A stretch of 63,858 nucleotides of DNA, filler included, from Octopus bimaculoides (GCF_001194135.2; 6 parts of 6 records of this genome joined end to end with filler, not necessarily neighbours in it), one strand, 5' to 3'. Shown: positions 38,820 through 49,909, counted from the whole stretch's first letter. Made by a program: numbers and translations. Notes: generated by a model not told the origin, from the sequence alone.

Positions 38820-39310
38820 TGAGAGCAGTGAATGTCATCAAAGTGACACTGGGGTACAGATATACGAAGCCCAGTATACCCATCATGACCACACGTCTGA
38901 TAAGGGTATATCAGGCACATACACCCCAAGCTTATGTGCCTGACATAGTGATCACATATCATGATAAAGAGCATATGGCTCTGCAGGTAGGGCCCAGTAA
39001 GAATATTCTTCAGGTCGAGTAGCCCATTTCGCTCAAAAATTCCCTGAATAAGGGTTATTTGAGGATGATGAACGAAGCACCTATGTTTCGAGGGGTGAAT
39101 TATTCAGACCCTAAAGCATCCCTCTCAGCACAAGGTTATGAAGACTCTGCACTACTCCTGCTCGTGATCAGTGACGCACATATCCACCAAGGGACTAGTT
39201 AAGGTCAAACAACTGACAAGCAAATATGTGGTATTGAGCAGAATAAATACGTGTTGTAGTACATCTTTCACACCAAGACAAAAGATGTAACATACTACAG
39301 TCAAGATTAG
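38820..39310 (-). mobile_element. Repeat family F with (AAC/AAT)n tail (38761-38820)
   Basis: Homologous to 35970-36480. Confidence 0.75.
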
Positions 39311-39354
39311 AAGCCATGAGAGCTTAGTAGTAGTAGTAGTAGTAGTATATTTAC

Positions 39355-39469
39355 CTGTCGTGAATGCGACCAAGCTGATTATTACGGCAACAATATTGAT
39401 TATTTTTGCTGACGGATACATACTCCTTTCTTTTGGATGTTTCTTAATAAATCTGATCAATGGAGGTTC
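39355..39469 (-). CDS. Candidate host exon (115 nt) encoding a signal peptide or first TM helix
   Basis: Acceptor ttcttttctttttctag|, donor acag|gtaaat; open frame EPPLIRFIKKHPKERSMYPSAKIINIVAVIISLVAFTT(G/x); ATG at 39421-39419 with A at -3; no repeat homology seen. Confidence 0.55.
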
Positions 39470-40548
39470 CTAGAAAAAGAAAAGAAATAAAATGAAGAAT
39501 GCAACGAATTAGTTGTCTCTGGCACTTTTTCCCCAAATTATAAACAAAAATAATTCAATGAAAATTGTTCCATAAAGAATGGTATCGAAGTTGGACACAA
39601 AGACAAGCATTCTTTGAGAAGAGGAATAGTCAAATTTAATCAAATCCAATATTTGACTTCTCTCCCGCCTATTAATTTATTTCATCGATTCTGAGACAAC
39701 GAAAGTCAATACAGACGTCATCAGGATCTTAGACCCTTGCATTTTATAATTCAGATATATCCGCTGAAAATTTCATTATCCGGGACTAGCAGTTCTATAC
39801 ACCAATCTATATTTTGTTGAGGAATATCATGCTTAAAACTATTTTTCATTGAGTTATGTCAAATTTATTGAAACAACATGACTTGCAAAAAACAACCATT
39901 CTATTTTTTGGTCGTTATTTAACATTACTGGTCTAATCCCTGATTTTAATTTCGTAGTGAAAAGGTTAAGTAAAAAAAATAAAAACTTCAAGAAATAGCC
40001 TTGGAGAAAAATAAAAAGTAAAAGTAGAAACATAACATAAAAAAAGAAAAAATGTAAAATTATAAAAAAATAATGCAGGTATTATTGGTTAGGCAGACTT
40101 TATAAGCTGCCTTGTGTCTCCAAGAAATCTGCAGGCTCTGAGCATATTGTATGATTTTCTTATATAGAACAAACCACATGCCTAGAGCCCAAATATTGCA
40201 TGGAGAGACGAGGCAATAATAAAAATTTACATAACCACGTATCTAAATGGCAAGAAACTATTATTTTAATATATATATATATATGTATACACAAATCGTT
40301 TTAACTACTTTCTAAGCCAAAAGATTGCAAGTTACAACATTAAATATCAACAATTCACGTGTACAAATCTACAAATCAGAGCAATAAGCTAAGAGTGCGC
40401 GGTTTCTCCGAAAATTTCTTAAAGACAGTCCTAAACCTGAGACATTGAAATACTTGGTAAAAGTACAAACCACTGTCCTGTAGGATTAAATACTATAACA
40501 TGCATTGTACTTTGTTTTGGCGTTAAAAGAAAATATACACACTCACCA

Positions 40549-40584
<36 letters not shown>

Positions 40585-40877
40585 CAAACCATGCTTCAAG
40601 GAAATTATACTAACCTATTCCTTTATACATATACATACATTATATATATATATAATGTATGCCTAAAAAAACTGATGAAAATTTAAAAGTTAAAAACCTT
40701 ACGACACAATGAAGTAGAGAAATTTGAAAAGACAACACGAAACCGGTTATTTCTCAAAATACAATGTTTATATATACCAAAAAGATTTTCTAACATTTTT
40801 CTAACATTTTTCTGGCATAATTTAAATATATACTTTAACCATGTAACACAAGCCTTCTGTAGTTTTTTCACTCTTAT

Positions 40878-40919
<42 letters not shown>

Positions 40920-41336
40920 NNNNNNNNNNNNNNNNNNNNNNNTATACATATCAGATTTTTAGGCATACATGTACATATATATACATATGTGTGCGTGTGT
41001 GTGTGTGTGTGTGTGTACATATAGTTATACATGTACTCTTAAACGTAGAGACGCTCGTATATGCAATTACATTCACGTACGCACACTGGATGATTTTGAG
41101 ATTAATTGGGTGATTGATTGGTAGATAAACTAATCGAATGATTGATATAAAGAGATTCCGATATATAAAGTAATTGATAGTTAATTTAATTGATAAAATG
41201 GTAAAATAAAAAAAGAAGATAAACGGGAATGGTTGACAAGATTGATAGACAGAACCGTCAATGTAGAGAAAGATATTAATGGAAATGGTAAAGCCTGGCA
41301 GACACACAAATTTTAAAATTAACTTGGTAGATTGCG

Positions 41337-41413
<77 letters not shown>

Positions 41414-41900
41414 AAATCACATCCAAGTTAAAAACAAAAAAAAAAAGAACAGTATAATCCTAGATGTATGGTAAGATAGGATGGTCACAGGTGGAATGGC
41501 TTTAATTATGGTTCTAGTCAACCAGGGCTGATCTGAGGCTAAACTATAACAATCTACTGCATCTACCGTCTGATTACTTGTATTTCTGTTCTGCATTCAC
41601 GCACGCAAGCACACACATGCATACTTATACAAACTTCTTTCACCTCATCTCTATCACACCTTCTTCGTCTCTAGGTTTATAAAGTTGCCACTTATGAAGT
41701 CATTATCAGTCATTTCAGGCCAACAAAATCACTGGTATGAACCGTTTCCTGCTGAGTCTCTCAAATTCTCAAATAACACCTCTCTGAACCAGTTCTATTC
41801 TCTTCAAGCAAGTCTTATGTAGATGTAACTCTATCGAATCTACAGAAGAGACAGTGTAACATAAATGGCAAACTTTTTCTGTTACCTTTTAATCGCTTTC

Positions 41901-41941
<41 letters not shown>

Positions 41942-41976
41942 GGCAGGCAGGCAGGCAGGCAGACAGACACACTGAC

Positions 41977-42018
<42 letters not shown>

Positions 42019-42308
42019 GCTGACAGGTGGACACATAAATAGCTTCGTAGAAAGATGTTTCCGGTGAGTCTCTGTACCGAAACAAGTTTTATGGTTAGAA
42101 AAACAGATGCTTAAAGAATTTCATCCAATTAATCAATCAGAAAGATGCAACCTGACCACAGAATCAATATACTTCTTTGTCTAGATGGAAATATTTCGCT
42201 CTACATTTATTAAAGTAAAAGTACCATATTTGTATTGCACGGTCCCAATGCTATCATTTTTTTCTCTTTTGAATGCGACGTTCAAGTAAGACGACAATTA
42301 AACACTTG

Positions 42309-42823
42309 ACGCCAACTTAATGTGACAGTCCCCTGAAGGGCATAATACTACTGTTGGTTAGACCTAGGAAGCTGCGCTGCTTCCTGTCGGCCTTGACACA
42401 TTTCCTATGTCCTTATGTTTACAAAGAGGAGACAAGCACCGCCACCCAGCTAAGACTGCATCCAGAGACTTGTTTCTGAGTCTTTGCTCGTCATCAGTCT
42501 GGAGTAGCATGACCTGCTAGTCAAAGATGCCTGACAAGATCTTGTAAACATATAATAATTCTAGTGAAATACATTCACTGATTTCAAATTTAGAAATGTT
42601 ACATTTCTAAATCTCTTCAGAGAGATTTATGCAGTAGTGATACGATGAAGTAGTTGTATGCTGTCAACTTAATGTGACAGTCCCATGAAGGGAATAATAC
42701 TACTGTTGGTTAGACCTAGGAAGCTGCACTGCTTCCTGTCGGCCTTGACACATCTCCTGTGTCCTTCAACGTATCACTACTGCATAAATCTCTCTGAGAG
42801 ATTTAGAAATGTATTATTTCTAA
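42309..42823 (-). mobile_element. PLE pseudo-LTR / retrozyme-like element with hammerhead, 13-bp TSD
   Basis: TSD aattaaacacttg (42296-42308, 42824-42836); 102-bp direct repeat (42313-42414, 42665-42766); 43/44-bp inverted repeat (42601-42644, 42770-42812). Confidence 0.7.
42461..42503 (-). ncRNA. Minimal type I hammerhead ribozyme motif
   Basis: Minus strand uccaga-CUGAUGA-c-gag-caaaga-cuc-a-GAAAC-aa-GUC-ucugga; stem I 6 bp perfect, stem II 3 bp. Confidence 0.7.
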
Positions 42824-42909
42824 AATTAAACACTTGTTCCGATACGCAATAATTATCCAGATGGATTTGAGGCAGTTTTGGATGTTCTTTTTGTTATTGA
42901 TGAAGTCAT

Positions 42910-43200
42910 AACTGGCACACCGTCGGTTACGACGTGTCGGATTCTGGTTGATCCGATCAACAGAAGATTGATCGTGGAGTTAACGTGTAATTGGCTGAAC
43001 ACTCCACAGACACACGTAAACTTAACGCAGTTCTCAGTAAGATCCAACGTGACACAGAATATGAGAAAGCTGACTCTGAACTACAGGTACAACTCATTTG
43101 GCCAGCTGAGTGGACTGGAGAAGCGTGAAATAAAGTGTCTTGCTTAAGGAATCGAACTCGTGACCAGTTACACTAACCACTAAGCTACGTTCCTTCACGC
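42910..43200 (-). mobile_element. Diverged SINE C 3' part adjoining a SINE E head
   Basis: ggcacaccgtcggttacgacg..gatccgatcaac; agctgagtggactggagaagcgtgaaataaagtgtcttgct..ggaatcgaactc. Confidence 0.7.
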
Positions 43201-43553
43201 TGTAGTCATATTTCAGCTTGATCGAATTTATCTGTCAACAGAAGCAACCAAACTGTCATCCTCCTATCTTCTATCTAGGCATAGTGCACCAAGGCTTACA
43301 ATATCTAATGTGACATCCTTGTTAGATTCATATGTGTCTTTCGAGGAATCGCAGTTCTCTTTGTTCGGCCCTCACAGCCGAGTTTATTTTGATGTCATTT
43401 AAGGGATGAATTTCAGCCAGAAACTTAACATCCTTGGGTAATGTCATAGTTCGAGGGCCGCAACTGTTAGTACATAGCTTAAATCGAGATTTAATAAACG
43501 GAAATATCGCTTAATCATCAGTATGCGTTTGATCTCAAAATTATTTAATACTA

Positions 43554-43598
<45 letters not shown>

Positions 43599-43794
43599 GA
43601 CTTTTTCAGTCATTAGACTGCGGTCATGCTGGAGCACCGCACTGTGGGATTAAAACTGGAAACATGTGATTCAGAAGCAAACCTCTTACAATACTGCCAC
43701 GACCACGTCTAAAAATGATGAACAATCTTCATCGATTTTCGCACAGTGTATGGGATCTCATCAGAGGTGTTTACACTATTTCACCATATGTGCG

Positions 43795-44646
43795 GTCTGA
43801 TCAATAAGTATACGGACTGTTGCCATAGTAACGAAGCTAAAGCACGCAGAGTAAACCCGCTCACTACAGATTTACCTTCAACTCTGCTGTTGTGTATGCG
43901 CACTAAGTTTTAACGTTCTAGCTCACTTCCGCTGTTTACAGCAGTGCATGGAAGGAACGTGTGCAGCGTGTGATCGTCGCATTGACCATGACAGAGAAAG
44001 TTTAACGGAGAATCTGCATCAAATTTTGAGAAAAGCTTGGCGATATCTGCTCAGAGGCCTATGTAAATTTTCAAAAAGTTTTCATCGTTCTCGACACAAC
44101 CAAAGAAATTTTGTGAAACTGAAACCCGAATCTCTGTTTGGTCAGCTGGAAGCAGTTTTGGTACAAACTTGGCAGACACGCGTCTCATCCCCAAATCTTC
44201 AGTGATAATAGACTGAACTGAGCCGTAACTAATTTGCAGATCAGCCGACACCTCACAGATGGTGATTCGACCTTTTCCCCTCACAGTTGCGCGCACATCT
44301 AGGAGGTTTTCTCAGTTCTGCTGGTTGCGGGTCTCCCAGAACGTTCGTCAATATTGGCATTTTGTTGGCCATCTTGGAAACGTCTGAACCACTCGTACCC
44401 TTGTGTGCGGCTCATACACTCCTCTCCATACACTTTCTGCAAATTTGTATAGGCTTCTGAGCAGTTATTACCATGATAACTTTCTCTATCATGGTTAATG
44501 CGACGATCACATTACACACATTCCTTCCAGGCACTGGTGTAAACAATGGAAGTGATGTAGTTCAAAGTCAATCTGTGCCAAGCTTCTTCACTCTTTTGCT
44601 TCAGCTTCCTTACTATAACAACTATCCGGATACTTATTGATCAGAC
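43795..44646. mobile_element. Fold-back composite of two mariner 5' ends
   Basis: Termini gtctgatcaataagtat(a/c)cgga on both strands; + arm encodes MTEKV..ICIKF; - arm encodes ..MRRVSAKFVPKLL..DENFLK. Confidence 0.8.
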
Positions 44647-44656
44647 TTTGTGTGTG

Positions 44657-44702
<46 letters not shown>

Positions 44703-44864
44703 AATGATTGTTACCACCTCATCGTGGTTGTTCCGTACAGAACAATGTCAATACTCTTTTTAACTCCAGGAAAGCTCTACCTCCAGCTGGTTGATGACAC
44801 AATATCTGTGTCCGTTATATTGCAAATAAGGGACCGAACAACTCCCATCCCGCGGAATCAGAAC

Positions 44865-45092
44865 CAGTAGACCAGCTGGTCTGAGGGTCCTACCCTTCCT
44901 CAGTACTGCTACACGATTCTACTAGATATAGCAGTCGTTCGTCCTCCGTTCGCAATATGCAGCAGACAATGTACCAGTAGGGTAGGGTATGACGTTGAGG
45001 AAGGGTTAGGGCTAGGGTTAAGGTTAGGGTTAGGTTATCCCTAACCCTAACCCTAACCCTAACCATAACCCTTGAAACCAGCTGGTCTACTG
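44865..45092. mobile_element. MITE-like element with head-to-head telomeric repeats
   Basis: Perfect 16-bp IR cagtagaccagctggt (44865-44880) / accagctggtctactg (45077-45092); (TTAGGG)-like 45002-45036 then (CCCTAA)-like 45039-45072. Confidence 0.65.
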
Positions 45093-45104
45093 AAACTAGC
45101 TGGT

Positions 45105-45327
45105 ATACGTGATAGGGTGCTGAAAATTTCCTGATTTTAAGGGATTCGCCAAAGGCTTGGCTCAAGGCAGAGCCTTCTGAGTTCTTTTACAGGCCTTAAA
45201 AAAACTCAAGGGTCACCGCAATAAGTGAATCTGAGAGGGGAATATGTTGAATAGAATTATAATGAAATGATCCTCCTCCTGTACTTTCTTTTACCCAAGG
45301 ACAACAACTATTCAGCAACCCCTTGTG
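45105..45327. mobile_element. mariner-derived MITE
   Basis: gggtgctgaaaatttcctg.. / ..actattcagcaacccct imperfect TIRs; internal mariner 3'-end-like sequence aagtgaatctgagaggggaatatgttgaata. Confidence 0.55.
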
Positions 45328-46021
45328 TACATTATTTATGAGTTAACTAGGATACTAAGGGTTTCAAGTAAAGACATCATCACAACTATTCCAGCGTTTC
45401 ACATGGAAGTGCTGGAGAACACGATCTCTTCCTATGAAATACATTGATTGTGTTTTTAACCCACAAATAATAAATATCTATCTACCGATACGGAGTTAAA
45501 AAAATCTTTCTCACTGTTCGATAATAGCTCTCACGGACGTACACACACACACATACACACGTATACACATATATACATTTATATTATGAATATAAGTATT
45601 ATATGTAGATATATACGTACTATGTGTGTATGCGTTTATGTATGTATGTATGTATGTATGTATGTATGTATGCACACACACACACACACACAACCACAAT
45701 GTTTATTGTACACTTTTCTTCCATTAATGAAACATCTGGAAGTTTTTCGACACGCCCAGTTATCGATGTAGGTTAAACATACAAGTAAATAAGTTATGTT
45801 CACACTAATGAATACAATCGAAATACGTTTACGTCAATCGTCTAATATATATACACATACATATATAAACAACATATATATACATATATACACACACACA
45901 CGTATATATATATATATATATNNNNNNNNNNNNNNNNNNNNNNNNNNNNNNNNNNNNNNNNNNNNTTAATTAATTAANNNNNNNNNNNNNNNNNNNNNNN
46001 NNNNNNNNNNNNNNNNNNNNN

Positions 46022-46180
46022 CTACACTCTCTGAGTGGTTGGCGTTAGGAAGGGCATCCAGCTGTAGAAACTCTGCCAAATTAGATTGGAGCCTGGTGTA
46101 GCCATCCGGTTGCACCAGTCCTCAGTCCAACCCATGCTAGCATGGAAAGCTGACATTAAACGATGATGATGATGATGATG
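46022..46180 (+). mobile_element. 3' end of (GAT)n-tailed retroposon family D
   Basis: ggttggcgttaggaagggcatccagctgtagaaac..ccaacccatgctagcatggaaagctgacattaaacgatgatgat. Confidence 0.7.
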
Positions 46181-47199
46181 ATAAATATAAATAAATAAAT
46201 ATATATATAAATAAATAAATATATATATATATATATAAATAAATATATAACAGATTGGAGAAATAAGAAACTATGATGGAAAGAGAGGAGCAGGTGTCTT
46301 GCTGAAGAAGTGAATACGTGGTTTGTAAACAAGCTTCCAACCACACAGCCACATCTGGATTGCGTGCTTCTTACAGCGGTTAAGAGCCTCTAACCCCTTT
46401 TTTCTTGCAACCAAGGTACTTAAGCACCCTCATTCACAATTAGTGACAATAAATTTCTTCCTTTACGGTATTTCTATTGCGTCTAACTGTTTAAATTAAT
46501 TTTGTGTGTGTGCATAATTCATTTTCGTATCACACACGGCCAATTGTATACATCACGGATGAAAGCGACAAGTCTCCTCTTAAACCTATTAAACACAATA
46601 GATGCCAGAAACTAGCATACTTTGGCCATATTTGCTGCTGCCAGCTATTATTTTAACATTATCAGATGCACAATTATGGCCCTTATGGACCCCTAAGTCT
46701 CTTAGTATCTGATGTGTGTGTCAGCATGAGAAAGAAAGAGAGAGTGTGTAGACAAAGAGCCGACAACATATGACAGTGAATGGCCCTTACCAACCCCTAC
46801 ACCGTCTGCTGACAATGGTGATGACAGTGACAAGTGTTTGTCAAGGAGGTCACCAGGGATTGTTGAAGTTGAGGGGGGGGGGCTCAAGGAGGAGGATATA
46901 ACATCTGTCTTTAAGAAAGCTATGCAAGTTAACATTTTATTTTTTTTGCATTATAATTCAAAGAACTCCCACCACCACCACCACCACCACAATATTAACC
47001 TACCCCTTCACTACCCCCTCCATCGCATTACCATGACCCTGCAATGTATCTTTACTACACTAACCCTTTCGTTCTACCTACCTCACTATCTATACTAACC
47101 CCTTCACACCATCTATTCCACTACTGTCCCTTAAATCCCTTCACACTAGCTATTCAACTATATGTACCCCAATCTCTTCATAAAGTTCTACAAGACTAA

Positions 47200-47520
47200 A
47201 GGGTAAAGAGCTCCTTCAGTCGTGAATGACAATGGGATTGAACCTAGAAAGTTCCCCTCCAAAGCACAAGTCCAGGCAAGGTTGTTTATGGAAGACCAGC
47301 AGCCTTCCATGCATGCCAGCCTCCCCTCTCCACACCACTGATATTATCCAAGGGGAAGGCAAAGGGGCCGATACAGCTCGGCACCAGTGATGTTGCAACT
47401 CATTTCTACAGCTGAGTGAACTGGAGCAACATGAAATAAAGTGTCTTGCTCAAGAACACAACACGCAACCCGGTCTGGGAATCGAACTCGCTACCTCATG
47501 ATTGTGAGCCTGACGCTTAT
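47200..47520 (-). mobile_element. SINE family E (tRNA head)
   Basis: Reverse complement has B-box gagttcgattccc followed by gcgtgttgtgttcttgagcaagacactttatttca; also at 43100-43200. Confidence 0.75.
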
Positions 47521-48050
47521 ATATTCTACAACAGTACCTTAAACCCCTTCACACTATTCTACCACAGTACCCCAACATCTTCACACTATTCTACAACGGT
47601 ACCCCAAACCCCTTCACATATTCTATTCTACTACAATACCCTGAAATTCACATGGGCAGACACAGAGGATTGGAAACAAACGACACCACTTGTATGATGG
47701 TGACACTTATTTACAGCTATCACCTGATGTCAAGGCAAGGAGACAGGAACACACACACGTCATAATCTATCAATGTAAGGTGAAGAAGAAATTGACTGAC
47801 CAAATTGTTATATTCCAATACTTGTTTTCTTATTTTTGATGTGTCTGTCCACGTGAGAAAATCTTCCATGTTTCTGAAACAAAATGAAAAAATTGATTAG
47901 TTAATTAATTACTGAGTGTTGCAGAGAAGAAAGTAGGGGGGAGAGAGGAAGGGAATGGAGTGGCTTATGTCCTTTCAATGTTAGGGGCTGCCAACCATTG
48001 TAAACTTAATTCTATGTATCTCAAGACAACTTATATTTGAGTCAAGCCAT

Positions 48051-48094
<44 letters not shown>

Positions 48095-48125
48095 GGCACA
48101 AATAAATATATACACATATATAAAT

Positions 48126-48370
48126 ATCATCATCATTTAACGTCCACTGTTCCATGCTTGCTTGGGTCAGAGGAGATTCACTGAGGCAGGTTTTTCCACT
48201 GCTGGATGCCCCTGCTGTCACCAGCCCTCAGTTACTTGCAAGCAAAGTAAATATTTCTCCATTGCTAGACATGTTCTTTCAGGGAAAGTCTAAAAATAAG
48301 CAATAACAGTGTCTGTATGACGGTGATGCATGGTTACAACCAAGATGCAACATCAAGACAAAGCGACATG
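48126..48370 (-). mobile_element. Family D-related retroposon, diverged
   Basis: tcatcatcatttaacgtcc..ttccatgcttgc..gctggatgccc. Confidence 0.55.
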
Positions 48371-48979
48371 CATGCACACACGATGAGCTCCTCTCACCCT
48401 TTACTCACATTCTCCACCCTCACCAATGTTGAACTCTATAATAAAAACAAAACACTCATCAGTTTTACAGTACTGCCTCTGCTTGCAGCAGTGGCTTGTT
48501 CCTTTGGTGCCAATTTACAGCTGGCTGGACTGACCACACACTACAATTCTGTTGACACCAATGATCTCCAGGCAAGTTCCTTAGTAAACACACCTCTCCT
48601 CTCTCTTTCTCCCTGGAGGGTATGGAGGATGGATATACCAAAGTAATTCTTACCTTGTTAACAGAAAAGCTGGGTCTTTGATCACTTCAGGACCAACTCT
48701 TATATCTAAGAAAAAAAATTAAGTCAAGGAACCAACTAATTCGGAAAAGCTAAGGCGGTAGTTTGACGGACACCACAAATGTTACAATTCCAGTAGAACC
48801 TGTTTCTTGTTTCTTGGCAGTCAGCTGTTTCAATGGAAACCTTGACCAGCAACGATTTCAAGTTAACCGTACAGTACTGAAGCAGCCACTTGTTGCATTA
48901 AACTCACTTCAGAACCAACAGGGATCAGATTAAAGCAAGCACACATACATGCTGCCTGTGTTAAATTGACTTCACCGTA

Positions 48980-49248
48980 AGCAGTGCTCAATTGATCCAA
49001 TCCACCCCACAAACAATGTTCAAATCAACCAGAGGTTGAACACAATGTTCAACTTAACCATACCTATCCGACTTCAAGCAGTGCTCCAGTTAAATCTATC
49101 TCACTTCAAGATGTGTTCAAGTTGACCCTACAAGTTGTGCTCAAGTTAAGCTTATCCCACCACAAGCAACGCTCAAGTTAAACCTATCCCACTACAAACC
49201 GTACTCAAGTTGAGCTTATCCCACCACAAGCAACGCTCAAGTTAAACT
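48980..49248. repeat. About 32-bp minisatellite, decaying leftward, running into a gap
   Basis: ctcaagttaagcttatcccaccacaagcaacg / ctcaagttaaacctatcccactacaaaccgta alternating. Confidence 0.8.
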
Positions 49249-49348
49249 NNNNNNNNNNNNNNNNNNNNNNNNNNNNNNNNNNNNNNNNNNNNTTAATTAA
49301 TTAANNNNNNNNNNNNNNNNNNNNNNNNNNNNNNNNNNNNNNNNNNNN

Positions 49349-49592
49349 ACGGAGCAACTACAGAGACATCTCGTCGAATACACCTTTTATCGACCTGGAC
49401 GTAGTCGATCTCATTTCGGTCCCTTGCGTTTGGGGCGATCCAGGTCCATCTGTCACCGGTCCTTTTTTTGAACAACCCTTCCGACCCTGTCATGGCGATC
49501 AAATGCTCTCATCACGGATTCCTCTCGCTGAGCCCGAATCTTCCCACGTACTTCCCACTTTGCCGTCCTTTTCCAACTTTGGTGTTGAAATC
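49349..49592 (-). pseudogene. RTE-type LINE APE endonuclease fragment
   Basis: DFNTKVG..GRFGLSERN..FKKRTGDRWTWIAPNARDRNEIDYVQVDKRCIRRDVSVV. Confidence 0.8.
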
Positions 49593-49594
49593 TT

Positions 49595-49830
49595 CTCTTG
49601 AAATCAAAGCTCAACTCAAGGAACCTTGTGACTGCCATCAACATATGGGCTGTTGCTGTAGTCCCCTGTAGTGCACCCATCCTGAGATGGACACAAGCGG
49701 AGATTGACCAAGAAAGACAATGACAATGCATGGTGACCTCCGCCCTAAGTCAAATGTACACAGGCTCTACATGAAGAGAGATAAAGGTGGACGTAGGCTG
49801 ATTAGCGTACGGGAGTGCATCGATTACTTC
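49595..49830 (+). pseudogene. Dong/R4 RT C-terminal fragment
   Basis: LKSKLNSRNLVTAINIWAVAVV..APILRWTQAEID; frameshifted ..RLYMKRDKGGRRLISVRECI. Confidence 0.75.
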
Positions 49831-49909
49831 AAAGGATTCATGGAGTCGGTTTTAAATTTGGCGCCGATCTAAGTGATAAATGAATCATCGCTGCTACAAT
49901 CTGATTTCG

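Noticed and set aside
45002-45072. Ancient telomere-telomere fusion site
   Set aside because: Only ~70 bp and enclosed by perfect 16-bp inverted repeats; a mobile element is more parsimonious. Kept as a MITE finding.
49140-49248. CRISPR-like repeat array
   Set aside because: Units are contiguous with no unique spacers, in a eukaryotic context with no cas genes.
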